Below, piece by piece: positions 49,551 to 59,402 of a stretch of DNA of 64,000 bases; within the stretch, counting starts at the first letter, position 1, and each line of letters begins with the position of its first letter. Under the pieces are notes generated by a model that was not told where the DNA came from, did not search any database, and saw only the letters and a program-made list of their open reading frames with translations. The DNA is from Candidatus Bathyarchaeia archaeon (GTDB taxonomy: Archaea > Thermoproteota > Bathyarchaeia > Bathyarchaeales > Bathycorpusculaceae): positions 36,902 to 100,901 of the forward strand of contig JBEKKX010000003.1 in NCBI GenBank assembly GCA_050010515.1. The letters run 5' to 3'. A program made the position numbers and the translations under genes.

Positions 49551-50594
49551 TTAGAAGTATTTTGAAATTCTTTGTATTGCAGCAACAGTAAGTTTAGCCG
49601 AGTTCTCTATGTCTTTTAAGCATAGCATACCTACTGGGCTGTGAATGTACCGTGTAGGTATGGATATGTTGCCGCTTGGAATGCCCTGCCTGGTTATGGA
49701 AATTCTTGCGGCGTCAGTTGAGCCCATTAATCCTGTTTCAAGTTGGAAGGGGATTTTTTCTTCTTCCGCCGTGTCTATAAGCCAGCGTAAAATCTTGGGG
49801 TGAGTAATCAAACCAGAATCGGAAATTGTGAGCGCTGGACCTTCACCCATCTTGACGGTTGAGTCAAATTCTCTTACGCCAGGAACGTCACCGGCTATAG
49901 TTACGTCGAGTGCTATTGCTAAATCGGGGTCAACACCGAAAGCCGCTGTTGCTGCACCTCGTAAGCCTACTTCTTCCTGAACAGTGCCTACGGCACAAAC
50001 TGTGCAATCAGTTTTTTCCATTAATTTGAGGGCTTCAACCATTGTGACACAGCCAGCTCGGTTATCAAAAGCTTTGCCAATAACAACATCCCTGCCTAAC
50101 GGAACATATTTTATGTCAAAGCCTACTGAATCGCCGACTGCAACGCCTAATGCCATAGCGTCTTCTCTACTTTTGGCTCCGATGTCGATGAAAAGCTCAT
50201 CGAAAGCCGTGACTTTTTTTCGCTCCTCTTCTTTCTGGATGTGAGGTGGTTTTGAGCCGATTATGCCAGGGAAGGTACCTTTTCTTGAGAAAACTGTGAC
50301 TTTTTGAGCGGGTAAGATGCGGTCGTCTATTCCGCCCATTTTAGTGAATTGCAAAAAGCCGTCTTTAGTGATAGTTTTCACCATTAATCCGACTTCATCC
50401 ATGTGAGCAGCAAGCATGATTTTTGGGGCAGCAGATTTGCCTTTTTTGATGGCTATTACGTTTTCAAGTTTATCAACAACTATTTCGTCTGCGTAGGGCT
50501 TCATGAGTTGAATCATTAATTCTCTGACTTCTTTTTCTCTGCCTGTTACTCCGCAGGCGTTTGAGAGTTGTTCTAGAGTTTCGTTTAGCGTCAT
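49551..50594 (-). CDS. M42-family aminopeptidase (TET-like)
   Basis: AAHMDE, KAFDNR, QEEVG and RYIHS motifs. Confidence 0.93.
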   Translation of the reverse strand: MTLNETLEQLSNACGVTGREKEVRELMIQLMKPYADEIVVDKLENVIAIKKGKSAAPKIMLAAHMDEVGLMVKTITKDGFLQFTKMGGIDDRILPAQKVTVFSRKGTFPGIIGSKPPHIQKEEERKKVTAFDELFIDIGAKSREDAMALGVAVGDSVGFDIKYVPLGRDVVIGKAFDNRAGCVTMVEALKLMEKTDCTVCAVGTVQEEVGLRGAATAAFGVDPDLAIALDVTIAGDVPGVREFDSTVKMGEGPALTISDSGLITHPKILRWLIDTAEEEKIPFQLETGLMGSTDAARISITRQGIPSGNISIPTRYIHSPVGMLCLKDIENSAKLTVAAIQRISKYF

Positions 50595-50720
50595 TACCTT
50601 GCCTTCTTTAAGGTTGTTAACTATAAGACTAAGTTATTAAACAATTGTGGTCACTTAAACTGTTTTAGGCTTTGCAGTGCACAATTTAGCTCGATGGATA
50701 AAAAATTAAAAAAGATTTGT

Positions 50721-50843
50721 TTATTTTTGATTTACTGTCGGCAATGCTTCTTGTTGTTTCTTAACTTCCATGTAATCGATTAGCAACATTATGTTTTGTA
50801 TCATTAAGAAAATACCCACTGCGATGACTAGAACCTTCTTCAA
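50721..50843 (-). CDS. Putative 40-aa single-pass membrane microprotein (not in the ORF track)
   Basis: TTG start; reads MKKVLVIAVGIFLMIQNIMLLIDYMEVKKQQEALPTVNQK* and is followed by a T-rich tract. Confidence 0.5.
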   Translation of the reverse strand: MKKVLVIAVGIFLMIQNIMLLIDYMEVKKQQEALPTVNQK

Positions 50844-51052
50844 ACACTATCACTATCGCACCGAAGATAACAAATAGCTGCTAAAACTGGTTTGGAAACG
50901 GTTATGCCTATTTTTTTCAAGCTTTTTTCAACAACATCCGTCAAATATTATTTCTTATATTAGAATTCTCTTAAAAAATCATACTATTAAAATCATTTGA
51001 AACGGTAATCTTAAAAATCCAACCCGCATAATCAGTTATAGAGTGAACAAAA

Positions 51053-51931
51053 TTGGAACAACAACAATTCAAAAAAATCGGAATTTTTAAGTGCGGCAAC
51101 ATTGGGACATCACCAAATCTTGAACTTCTGCTCGACGAATTGGCTGATCGAAAAGACATCAAAGTTCGAACAGTCACTACAGGATCAAAAATGAACCTCG
51201 AAGACGTTGAAGAAGCGTTCCCCAAAATTTTAGAATTCAACCCAGATGTTTTGGTCACAATATCGCCTAATACGGCCTTGCCGGGACCCGCAAAGGCTAG
51301 AGAGCAAATTTCAAAAAGCGGTCGGCCAGGCATTGTGATCTCCGATTCTCCAGCAAAACGGGCAAAAGCAGAAATGGAAAGTCAAGGATTGGGCTACATA
51401 ATCATCACCGGTGACCCTTTAATCGGAGCTAGAAAAGAATTCTTGGATCCTATTGAGATGGCGATATTTAACTCAAACGTCAACAAAATACTTGCGATCA
51501 CCGGCGTTTACAGGATAGTTCAACAAGAAATTGACAAAGTGATTTATTCGCTTGAAACTGGCCAGAATCCAACTCTGCCCAGATTGGTAATAGACATGAA
51601 TGCCATACGAGACAATTCACCTTTCAACAATCCGTATGCAAAAGCGAAAGCAATGGCTGCTTACGGCATGGCAGAGAAAATTGCAGAGATAGACACTCAA
51701 GCATGCTTCATGGAGAAAGAGAGCGAAAAGTACATCCCCTTAGTCGCCTGCGCGCATGAGATAGCCCAAGCAGCTGCGAGATTAGCTGAAGAAGCCCGTG
51801 AAATCGAGAAATACAATGACACTTTGCTTAGGAAACCTCACTCGAAAGACGGCAGGCAGAAAGTCAAGACCAGACTGATGCTCTCGCCGACTTTTCCCGA
51901 AGAATTCTATGAAAAAAGCGGTTTACAGTAG
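51053..51931 (+). CDS. mtd: F420-dependent methylene-H4MPT dehydrogenase
   Basis: KCGNIGTS..LLDE.ADR.DI, SPN..PGP, DPLIGARKEFLDP.EM, NPYAKAKA and AHE motifs. Confidence 0.92.
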   Translation: MEQQQFKKIGIFKCGNIGTSPNLELLLDELADRKDIKVRTVTTGSKMNLEDVEEAFPKILEFNPDVLVTISPNTALPGPAKAREQISKSGRPGIVISDSPAKRAKAEMESQGLGYIIITGDPLIGARKEFLDPIEMAIFNSNVNKILAITGVYRIVQQEIDKVIYSLETGQNPTLPRLVIDMNAIRDNSPFNNPYAKAKAMAAYGMAEKIAEIDTQACFMEKESEKYIPLVACAHEIAQAAARLAEEAREIEKYNDTLLRKPHSKDGRQKVKTRLMLSPTFPEEFYEKSGLQ

Positions 51932-51938
51932 TCAAACT

Positions 51939-51987
51939 GTATATACTGTATATATTCGCATATAAGGTATTTCGACTAAGTATATAT
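51939..51987. promoter_or_regulatory. Periodic TATATA-type boxes upstream of the MtdB fusion gene
   Basis: GTATATAC, GTATATAT, CATATAA and CTAAGTATATAT; similar words occur at 54788-54826. Confidence 0.5.
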
Positions 51988-52033
51988 TTTTCACTGCTAT
52001 TCATGTAAGACCAACAATAAGGAGGCAAAAAAT

Positions 52034-53770
52034 ATGAATGTACTTGAAGTAAAGCCGCTGGAAAACAAGAACTTAACTGTAATGATACAAGAGAAAGAAT
52101 ACAATGAGCCTTTTCAGCTTTTCGAAAAATCTTCATCCGCAAAGCCAAATGTTCTCCAAGCGCTTCTCAAACCATCAATCGGCTTCTACAAATTTGTCGA
52201 GAATCTGGTTGCCAAAGTAAATATAGACTTCGTCACGGAAGAGCTAGGCAATCGATCTCAAAAAGAATTCTTCGAAGATAACATCTTAGCCAACGTGTTC
52301 CAAAAAAGCAGCATTCCTTTCTTCCCCGTTGACATTGACAGCGACGCCAAAACCTATCTTGAATCTGCTTTTGACGAAAAAACAGCATTGAGAGACAAAA
52401 TAATCAATAGCATAGAAAACCTAAACAAACAAAAAAACAGCGATTCCACAGAGAGAGACTACCTCGTTGCATACGGACAGAGTTTACAATCCGAAATAGA
52501 GGAACAAGAACGCGAAGTCAATTTCTCAATAAGAGAAAGCTGGATCGTCATGGGTATTATGGAGCACGCAAGAGAAATCAAGAACAAAGACGAGATAACA
52601 TGCCTGTACATTTGCAGCCCGGAACACGTTACGGGAATTAAGCAAATGCTAGAATCGGTCAACGCCAATGTCGAAATCGCGAAACTCTCCAAAAGGATAA
52701 TCTCAAGTCAGGTTGAAACTCCCTCTTCACAGGAAATAGAAAACTGGCTCCAATCAATGCAGATCCAGGTTAAGCCCGTTATCGGCAAAGCAGCTGAAAA
52801 CGCACCTTACCTGCTGTTCTACCTCGACACCGACGTTAAAGCGAGTCCATTTGACATATGCATGGCCTACGATGCCGGATACAACGCTGTCGTTCCTTAC
52901 GAGAACATCATTCCAGAAGACGCCAAAAGTATAGTGCTAGATGCTTTACTCTCCAGAGGACCAAAGGCCGTTAAGCACACGTGCTTTCTGATCGGAGGGA
53001 AAAACGCTGAAAGAGCCGAACAAGTCTTTGAAGTCATGAAAGATTCGATGTTTCCCCCATTCAAAGCAAGTATAATCGTGGACCCTGCTGGTGCATATAC
53101 AACTGCCGCTGCAATGGTAGCAAAAGCTGAAAATGCGCTTGAGACAAGCAAGCTTGGCGAATTGAAAACCAAAACTGTCGCTATCCTCGGCACAGGTGCT
53201 GTAGGACAAATAGCTGCGGTTCTCTTGGCTAAAATTGGATGTAATGTAATGATTGTCAGCCTTAATCCGAAACGCGTTGACGGAAAAGAACACGCTGAAG
53301 GCATAGCTAAACTTCTAGCCAAAGATCACGGCGTTCAAGTCGAAGGCATCTTCGCTCCAACCCCAGCTTCGAAAATTGAAATCATAAAGAAAGCCGATGT
53401 AGTGATATGCGCAGGAGTAAGAGGCGTTCGCATCATAGACAAAGAAATGCTGAATGAAGTCAAAACCATGAAGGTCCTAATTGACATAAACGCAGTACCA
53501 CCATTCGGAGTCGAAGGAATAGAATTAAAAGATGACATGCGAGAAATGCTGCCTGGAATCTTCACAATCGGAGCACTCACAGTTGGAGATCTAAAACACA
53601 AACTTGAAAAAGAGATTCTACGCGACGCACGATCCAACGGAAAAGAAGTATACAACTACAACATTGATCTGCCACTTGCACGAAAACTGTTGCAGAAAGA
53701 ACTATTCCCCGCCAAGTTGACGCTGACTTTGAGCTATCCACCCTCAAAAAATCCTAAGCAGATACACTAA
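52034..53770 (+). CDS. Fusion of an approximately 250-aa TraB/Tiki-like domain to an NAD(P)-dependent methylene-H4MPT dehydrogenase (MtdA/MtdB family)
   Basis: C-terminal part has SPFDICMAYDAGY, MFPPF..DPAGAYTTAAA, GTGAVG, DINAVPP.G and GAL.VG.LK. N-terminal part has DFVTEEL, PVD, RE.WI..GI and ICSPEHVTGI. Confidence 0.85.
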   Translation: MNVLEVKPLENKNLTVMIQEKEYNEPFQLFEKSSSAKPNVLQALLKPSIGFYKFVENLVAKVNIDFVTEELGNRSQKEFFEDNILANVFQKSSIPFFPVDIDSDAKTYLESAFDEKTALRDKIINSIENLNKQKNSDSTERDYLVAYGQSLQSEIEEQEREVNFSIRESWIVMGIMEHAREIKNKDEITCLYICSPEHVTGIKQMLESVNANVEIAKLSKRIISSQVETPSSQEIENWLQSMQIQVKPVIGKAAENAPYLLFYLDTDVKASPFDICMAYDAGYNAVVPYENIIPEDAKSIVLDALLSRGPKAVKHTCFLIGGKNAERAEQVFEVMKDSMFPPFKASIIVDPAGAYTTAAAMVAKAENALETSKLGELKTKTVAILGTGAVGQIAAVLLAKIGCNVMIVSLNPKRVDGKEHAEGIAKLLAKDHGVQVEGIFAPTPASKIEIIKKADVVICAGVRGVRIIDKEMLNEVKTMKVLIDINAVPPFGVEGIELKDDMREMLPGIFTIGALTVGDLKHKLEKEILRDARSNGKEVYNYNIDLPLARKLLQKELFPAKLTLTLSYPPSKNPKQIH

Positions 53771-54770
53771 ACGCGCGATTTATCGCGATCTCAGCTATGT
53801 TTGCGGCACAGTCCGCAATTCTTTTTATGTCGTCTCTGACGGAGCAGATTGCACAAACCAATTGCTCATTTTTTTGTTTTTCTGCGAATGCTTTAGCGGC
53901 TATTTCCTGATCCAACTTCGCTATTTCTTGACGTTGCCTAAGTATCTCAACTGATTTCGAGACATCCTTCGAAAAGAAAGTGTCTACCGCCTTCACGTAT
54001 AAATTCACAGCTTCATTTCCTGCAATGAACATTAGCTCCAACACGTTCTCCGGAATGCTCTGTTGAATCCCGTCTAGCATTATTACGTGCCGCGCTACGT
54101 CCGCTGAATTGTCTGCCACGTCCCGCATCATGTAAACCAGGGTCTGATAATCCATACATTCCAACGGGTCGATACGAAACTCATTTGCCAAAACGGAGTC
54201 TTGGGCAGCATTGCGGAGCACTCGGATAAGGAAATAGGCAAAATGGTACACATCATCGTCAAGAGAGAAAACAGCTTTTGCCAATGCTATGTCTTTGTTT
54301 TTCAGCGATTTAATCGCATCCTCCCCGATTGACTGAGAAATCAGATGCATCCTCTGTACAGTTTGCTTTAGATCCGCCTTAGTTTCGTCCATTAAGGTTT
54401 GAACGAAAACACCCTTAGCGTTAGACTCCATAATTCTCATGTATAACATTCCCGCGGTCTTGCGGATTGCCTTTATCTGCGGGACAGAAAAAACTTTTTC
54501 TGAGATAAGGGTGACTCCGCTGTATCCGTTTAGGTAGCAGCCCACTATCTTCATCGTAATCTGCAACTCGTCTTCATTTGGGTCAATGCGAAGCGTTGTC
54601 TCTTTTGTCTCTGTCTTTTTCTTCGCGCCAGGATAAATAACCAAAGAGCGGTCGCGTTGAATAGCAAATGAGACAACATCACCTTTATTCAATTCGTTTA
54701 GCTGCATCCAATTTTTGGGAAGAGAAATTACCAAAGAAGATCTGCCAAGTGACATAACCCTTCGTTCCAT
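53754..54770 (-). CDS. phoU: Archaeal AbrB-PhoU fusion regulator
   Basis: RRVMSLGRSSLVISLPK.W, followed by two PhoU repeats (DDDV, RIAD..NIAE). Confidence 0.88.
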   Translation of the reverse strand: MERRVMSLGRSSLVISLPKNWMQLNELNKGDVVSFAIQRDRSLVIYPGAKKKTETKETTLRIDPNEDELQITMKIVGCYLNGYSGVTLISEKVFSVPQIKAIRKTAGMLYMRIMESNAKGVFVQTLMDETKADLKQTVQRMHLISQSIGEDAIKSLKNKDIALAKAVFSLDDDVYHFAYFLIRVLRNAAQDSVLANEFRIDPLECMDYQTLVYMMRDVADNSADVARHVIMLDGIQQSIPENVLELMFIAGNEAVNLYVKAVDTFFSKDVSKSVEILRQRQEIAKLDQEIAAKAFAEKQKNEQLVCAICSVRDDIKRIADCAANIAEIAINRAFSVSA

Positions 54771-55012
54771 ACTGTCCCTCAACCTACGTATATACGCGCC
54801 TTAATTCATATAAACTAAGCATATATGAATACACATAAGTATTAACCCTAGCTAACCGAGACTGCGTGAAAACTCGGGGTTGATTTCAGAAAATTGCTTG
54901 TTTTATGTGCAAAAAGCTGGGTCTGGACATAGTCTAAACATGTAAAGCAAGATTTCTTGAAGCAAATTTGACTTTTCACACGGTCTCAACAAGCTGGCGC
55001 GCGTTTCAAGAG

Positions 55013-56176
55013 CTACTTGAAAACGCTTTCAATTCTGTTACAAGCTTCTTCTATCTTTTCTTTCTGTTGAGTCAGGGCAAATCGAACATGATTTTCTCCG
55101 CATTCACCAAAACCAACCCCTGGCGTAACAACCACACCAACATTCAGCAGTCTGGTCGTGAACTCCATCGAATCGGAGTTGCAGTTTAGCCAAAGGTAGA
55201 AGGTGGCTTTTGGTTTGTCGCATTTGAAGCCCAATGAGCACAATCGTTCAATGAGCACGTCGCGCCTCTCTCGGTAAACTTGGTTGTTTTTTTTCAAGAA
55301 ATCCGGCGGTTCATTGTTCTTGTAGCTTTGAAGGGCCTTGACCGCTACTTTTTGAATGTAAACTGGCGGTCCGGAATCGATTTGTGACTTGACCTTGGTT
55401 AATCCAGAGACGAGTTGCTTGTTTCCAACGGCGAAGGCAATGCGGTCGCCTGTCATGCTGAAAGTTTTTGATAGCGAGTGAAATTCGATGGCGACGTCTA
55501 TGGCGCCATCAACCTCCAGTATGCTGGGTGCGCAGTAGCCATCGTAGGTGACTTCTGAGTAGGCGTTGTCGTAGCAGAGGATGATGTGGTTGTCTTTAGC
55601 GAAGTCTACTGCTTTTTTAAGGAATCCCTTGTCAACGGTGGCTGCCGTTGGGTTGTTGGGGTAATTGAGAAACATCATCTTCGCATTCTTGACGTTTACC
55701 GCTTCAAAATCTGGCGTGAAGCCGTTTTCCTCAAGCAACGGCAACGGCACCGCTGTGCCATCGCAGAGGATTGTGCTACCGTTAGCGTAGACTGGGTAAG
55801 CCGGGTCAGGAACTAACACTCGGTCGCCTGGGTTTATGAAGGCTCGAGCAATGTTTGCTATGCCTTCCTTGGAGCCTAAAAGCGCAACCACTTGGTCTTG
55901 CTGCAGGTCAACGTTGAATCGTTTCTTGTACCAGCCTGCAACTGCGTCTCGGAAGTCGGGTTCGCCTTGGCTGAAAGAGTAATTGTGATTCTTCGGGTTC
56001 GCGACTTCTTCCTTGAGCGCTTCAATGACAAATCTTGGGGGCGGAAGGTCTGGATCACCTATGCTCAGTGAAATTAAATCTATGCCTTGCGATTTTTTTT
56101 CCTTAATAATTTTTTCAATTTCAGCAAACAGATAAGGTGGTAACCGTTTTATTCTATCAGCATATTCAAACGTCAT
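55013..56176 (-). CDS. dapL: LL-diaminopimelate aminotransferase
   Basis: LPPYLFAEI, GSKEG, NYPNNPT and FHSLSKT motifs; last gene of the dap operon. Confidence 0.9.
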   Translation of the reverse strand: MTFEYADRIKRLPPYLFAEIEKIIKEKKSQGIDLISLSIGDPDLPPPRFVIEALKEEVANPKNHNYSFSQGEPDFRDAVAGWYKKRFNVDLQQDQVVALLGSKEGIANIARAFINPGDRVLVPDPAYPVYANGSTILCDGTAVPLPLLEENGFTPDFEAVNVKNAKMMFLNYPNNPTAATVDKGFLKKAVDFAKDNHIILCYDNAYSEVTYDGYCAPSILEVDGAIDVAIEFHSLSKTFSMTGDRIAFAVGNKQLVSGLTKVKSQIDSGPPVYIQKVAVKALQSYKNNEPPDFLKKNNQVYRERRDVLIERLCSLGFKCDKPKATFYLWLNCNSDSMEFTTRLLNVGVVVTPGVGFGECGENHVRFALTQQKEKIEEACNRIESVFK

Positions 56177-56178
56177 GT

Positions 56179-57012
56179 TTATACCTCTTTGAATAGCGTG
56201 CCCTCAAAAACTTTTTCAGCTGCCCCGCTCAAAAACAAGCTTTTAGCCACTTCAACCTGCAAATCACCGCCCAGCACGTGAACAGTAACTTTGCTGTCTA
56301 CTTTTCCAAGCTTGTTTGCAGCAGCCACAGCAGCGCAGCTTCCTGTACCGCACGCTAAGGTTTCGCCGCAGCCCCTTTCCCAAACACGAAGCTTCAACTC
56401 GTAGGGGTTTAGGACTTGAACGAAGCCGACATTGGTTCTTTTCGGAAAAGCCTTATGGTTCCCAATTTTTCGACCGATTTGTTCAACTGGGAAATCGTCT
56501 ACTTTGTCAACGAATATTAAGCAGTGCGGATTGCCCATTGAAAGGCAAGTTACCTTGTAGACCTCACCGTCAACGTCTAAGTTCTCATTGATGCATGTGC
56601 CTTGTCCGACCATGGGAAGGGAGCTTCTTTCCCAGTTTGGCGAGCCCATGTCCACCTTGACAGCGCTAACTTCCCCCTGTTGCAGAGTTAACCAGACATT
56701 CTTTATTCCAGACAGAGTCTCAACCGAAAACTCGTTCTTCTTAACAACGCCATTTTCATAGCAGTACTTGGCAAAGCACCTTATCCCGTTGCCGCACATT
56801 TCTGCTTCGCTACCGTCAGCGTTGTAAATCCGCATCTTAACATCACCCACTTTAGAGTTAGAAACCAGCAAAAGACCATCTGCTCCAACTGAAAGGTGCC
56901 GCTCACAAAGCCTCTTAGCTAATTCTGCAGCTTGCTTACCGCTAATTTTCTCTTCTCTGTTGTCGATCACTATGTAGTCGTTGCCTAAACCATGCATCTT
57001 CCAGAAACGCAT
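56179..57012 (-). CDS. dapF: Diaminopimelate epimerase
   Basis: KMHGLGND, EMCGNG, GNPH and ERG.GETLACGTG motifs. Confidence 0.97.
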   Translation of the reverse strand: MRFWKMHGLGNDYIVIDNREEKISGKQAAELAKRLCERHLSVGADGLLLVSNSKVGDVKMRIYNADGSEAEMCGNGIRCFAKYCYENGVVKKNEFSVETLSGIKNVWLTLQQGEVSAVKVDMGSPNWERSSLPMVGQGTCINENLDVDGEVYKVTCLSMGNPHCLIFVDKVDDFPVEQIGRKIGNHKAFPKRTNVGFVQVLNPYELKLRVWERGCGETLACGTGSCAAVAAANKLGKVDSKVTVHVLGGDLQVEVAKSLFLSGAAEKVFEGTLFKEV

Positions 57013-58301
57013 CAAGGACACTCTGCCATCCGCTGACTCGACGTTAAATTATCAAGTTGCTCTCGTTCCCTAATCATCACGGGCTTGCCTTGCCTAATCA
57101 TGACTTCTGCAGCTCGCGGCCTTGCGTTGTATTGTGAACTCATGCTAAAGCCGTATGCTCCAGCGTTCAAAACCGCCAGTAAATCACCTTCATTAACCAG
57201 CGGCAACGCTCGGTCTTTGGCTAAGGCGTCCCCTGACTCGCAGATTGGACCTACCACATCATAAGTTTCCTTATCCACCGCTGAAAGCTTGTTTGCGACT
57301 AGTATTGGATGGTAGGAACCATACATCGTTGGCCGTACCAGCGTGTTGAAGCCTGCATCGACACCGACGAATTTTTTTGTAGGCGTAACTTTGACAGTGT
57401 TAACGGTTGTTAGAAGGATGCTTGCGTCGCACACTAAATATCTGCCTGGTTCAACGCACAAAAACGGTTTACCGAGACCATATTCAGCAACCTTACCCTT
57501 GAACGGCGCCACCACTTTCGAGACGAACGCTGCCAAATCGAACTCTTGGTCCTCTGGCTTGTAAGGAACACCAAAACCGCCGCCGATATCGATGAATTCA
57601 AACTCGATGCCTACCTCATCATGAACCCGCTTAGCTATACTCAACAGTTTCTCAACCGCCAAAACGTAAGGTTCTACGTCAAGAATGCCCGAGCCAATGT
57701 GCATATGAATGCCAAATCGTTCGACCCTTGCCTTCTTAGCAGTCGCATAAGCCTTTAGAGCGTCTTCTTCCGTTAAACCGAACTTTGAGTCTGGACCAGC
57801 AGTTATACAGTGACTGTGATGGCCTGCGCCGATTTCTGGGTTAACACGAACCGACAATGTCGGCGGCACAGCAATCTTTAGCAGCCTATCTAGCTCTGAT
57901 TGAGAATCCACGTTTACCGTAATGTTGGCGTCTACTAGAACTTTTAACTCGTCATTTCTTACGCTGGTTCCGGTGAACATTATGCGGTCTTGTGTGTATC
58001 CGCTGAGTAAGCCCATGAACACTTCGCCGGGGCTGACAGTGTCTAAGTATGCTCCTTGTGACTGGAGAATTTTTAGCACTGTAAGGTTGGAGTTGGCTTT
58101 TGCAGCATAATAGACCCGTACGTACTTGTAATTGCGGATTAAAGCGTCATGAAGTCGGTTATAATTATCTCTGATGCGTTTCTCGCTTACGACGTACAAG
58201 GGTGTATCGTATTTTTCAGCTAACTCTTTAACTGAAAAGCCATCGAAGAACAAGTTGCCTTTTCGGTTTTCTAAGGGTTCCCGAAGTTTTCTTTTAACCA
58301 T
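57012..58301 (-). CDS. lysA: Diaminopimelate decarboxylase
   Basis: YAAKAN, HIGS, EPGRY, GPICESGD and GAYG motifs. Confidence 0.97.
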   Translation of the reverse strand: MVKRKLREPLENRKGNLFFDGFSVKELAEKYDTPLYVVSEKRIRDNYNRLHDALIRNYKYVRVYYAAKANSNLTVLKILQSQGAYLDTVSPGEVFMGLLSGYTQDRIMFTGTSVRNDELKVLVDANITVNVDSQSELDRLLKIAVPPTLSVRVNPEIGAGHHSHCITAGPDSKFGLTEEDALKAYATAKKARVERFGIHMHIGSGILDVEPYVLAVEKLLSIAKRVHDEVGIEFEFIDIGGGFGVPYKPEDQEFDLAAFVSKVVAPFKGKVAEYGLGKPFLCVEPGRYLVCDASILLTTVNTVKVTPTKKFVGVDAGFNTLVRPTMYGSYHPILVANKLSAVDKETYDVVGPICESGDALAKDRALPLVNEGDLLAVLNAGAYGFSMSSQYNARPRAAEVMIRQGKPVMIREREQLDNLTSSQRMAECP

Positions 58302-58343
58302 CTTGTTTACACCAGACTCAAGGTGTTATTGTTTGAGCGGTAG

Positions 58344-59402
58344 TTAAGCTAAACCTTTAGCTACAAAGAGCTCAGCGCTTAGAATGCCTGCGCCTGCACC
58401 ACCCCGAACGGTATTGTGTCCAAGACACATGTACTTGAAAGTCATAATTGGGTCCTTGCGGATTCTGCCAACTACAACGCTCATGCCGCAGCCTGTATCT
58501 CGGTCGAAGCGTGGCTGAGGCCTGTTTTTCTCATGTCGAACCACGATTGGATTTTCTGGAGCAGAGGGCAATTTGAGCTTTTGCGGTTCGCCGCTAAAGT
58601 TGGCAAAGGCAGCTTCTATTTCTTCTATCGAGGGGTCCTCTGCGAGCTTGATGAAGACTGATTCTAAATGTCCATCCTTTACGTGGACTCGGTTGCAGCT
58701 TGCGCTAAGCTTGAAATCAGCGTTCTGGACAGCTTTGCCGTTGAAGGTGCCAAGTATCTTTAGGGTTTCCGCTTCCATTTTCTCTTCTTCGCCTGAGATA
58801 AAGGGAACCACATTATCGATTATGTCTAATGATGCAACACCCGGGTATCCTGCTCCGCTAAGCGCCTGCATGGTGGAGACAATAATTTGTTTTAAGCCAA
58901 ATTTCATCAAAGGCTTTAGCGTAATTGCAAGTTGGATGGTGCTACAGTTAGGATCCGTCGTTATGAAGCCTTTCCAGCCTCGTGACTTCTGTTGAATCTT
59001 AATTAAATCTGTATGATCAGGGTTAATCTCTGGAATGATTAAAGGAACATCTTTTTCCATGCGGTGCGCGCTTGCCTTGCTGAAAACCGGATAAAGCGCT
59101 GCAAATTCGGCTTCAACTGGACCTGCCAAGTCTCCTGGAAGAGACGAAAACACCAAGTCCACGTCGCCTGACTTCTCCACTGACTCAACATCAGCGTTTG
59201 CTACGGGCATTTCAGCGATCTCTTTAGGCAAGTTTGACTCCATAACCCAGTTGCAAGCATCCCCATATTTTTTGCCTGCTGACCGCTCTGAAGCAGCAAG
59301 CACCTCAATTTGGAACCATGGGTGCCCCTGTAAGAGTTGAATGTACCGTTGTCCAACGGCTCCGGTTGCGCCTAATATGGCTACTTTACGCTTAGACGAC
59401 AT
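58344..59402 (-). CDS. asd: Aspartate-semialdehyde dehydrogenase (archaeal/fungal type)
   Basis: GATGAVGQ, PNCST, QALSGAG and HNT.RG motifs. Confidence 0.97.
   Translation of the reverse strand: MSSKRKVAILGATGAVGQRYIQLLQGHPWFQIEVLAASERSAGKKYGDACNWVMESNLPKEIAEMPVANADVESVEKSGDVDLVFSSLPGDLAGPVEAEFAALYPVFSKASAHRMEKDVPLIIPEINPDHTDLIKIQQKSRGWKGFITTDPNCSTIQLAITLKPLMKFGLKQIIVSTMQALSGAGYPGVASLDIIDNVVPFISGEEEKMEAETLKILGTFNGKAVQNADFKLSASCNRVHVKDGHLESVFIKLAEDPSIEEIEAAFANFSGEPQKLKLPSAPENPIVVRHEKNRPQPRFDRDTGCGMSVVVGRIRKDPIMTFKYMCLGHNTVRGGAGAGILSAELFVAKGLA

Noticed and set aside
50636-50670. CCACA-N5-TTAA upstream of the M42 peptidase as another copy of the stress operator
   Set aside because: Only the TATA-proximal half matches; the distal TGT arm is missing.
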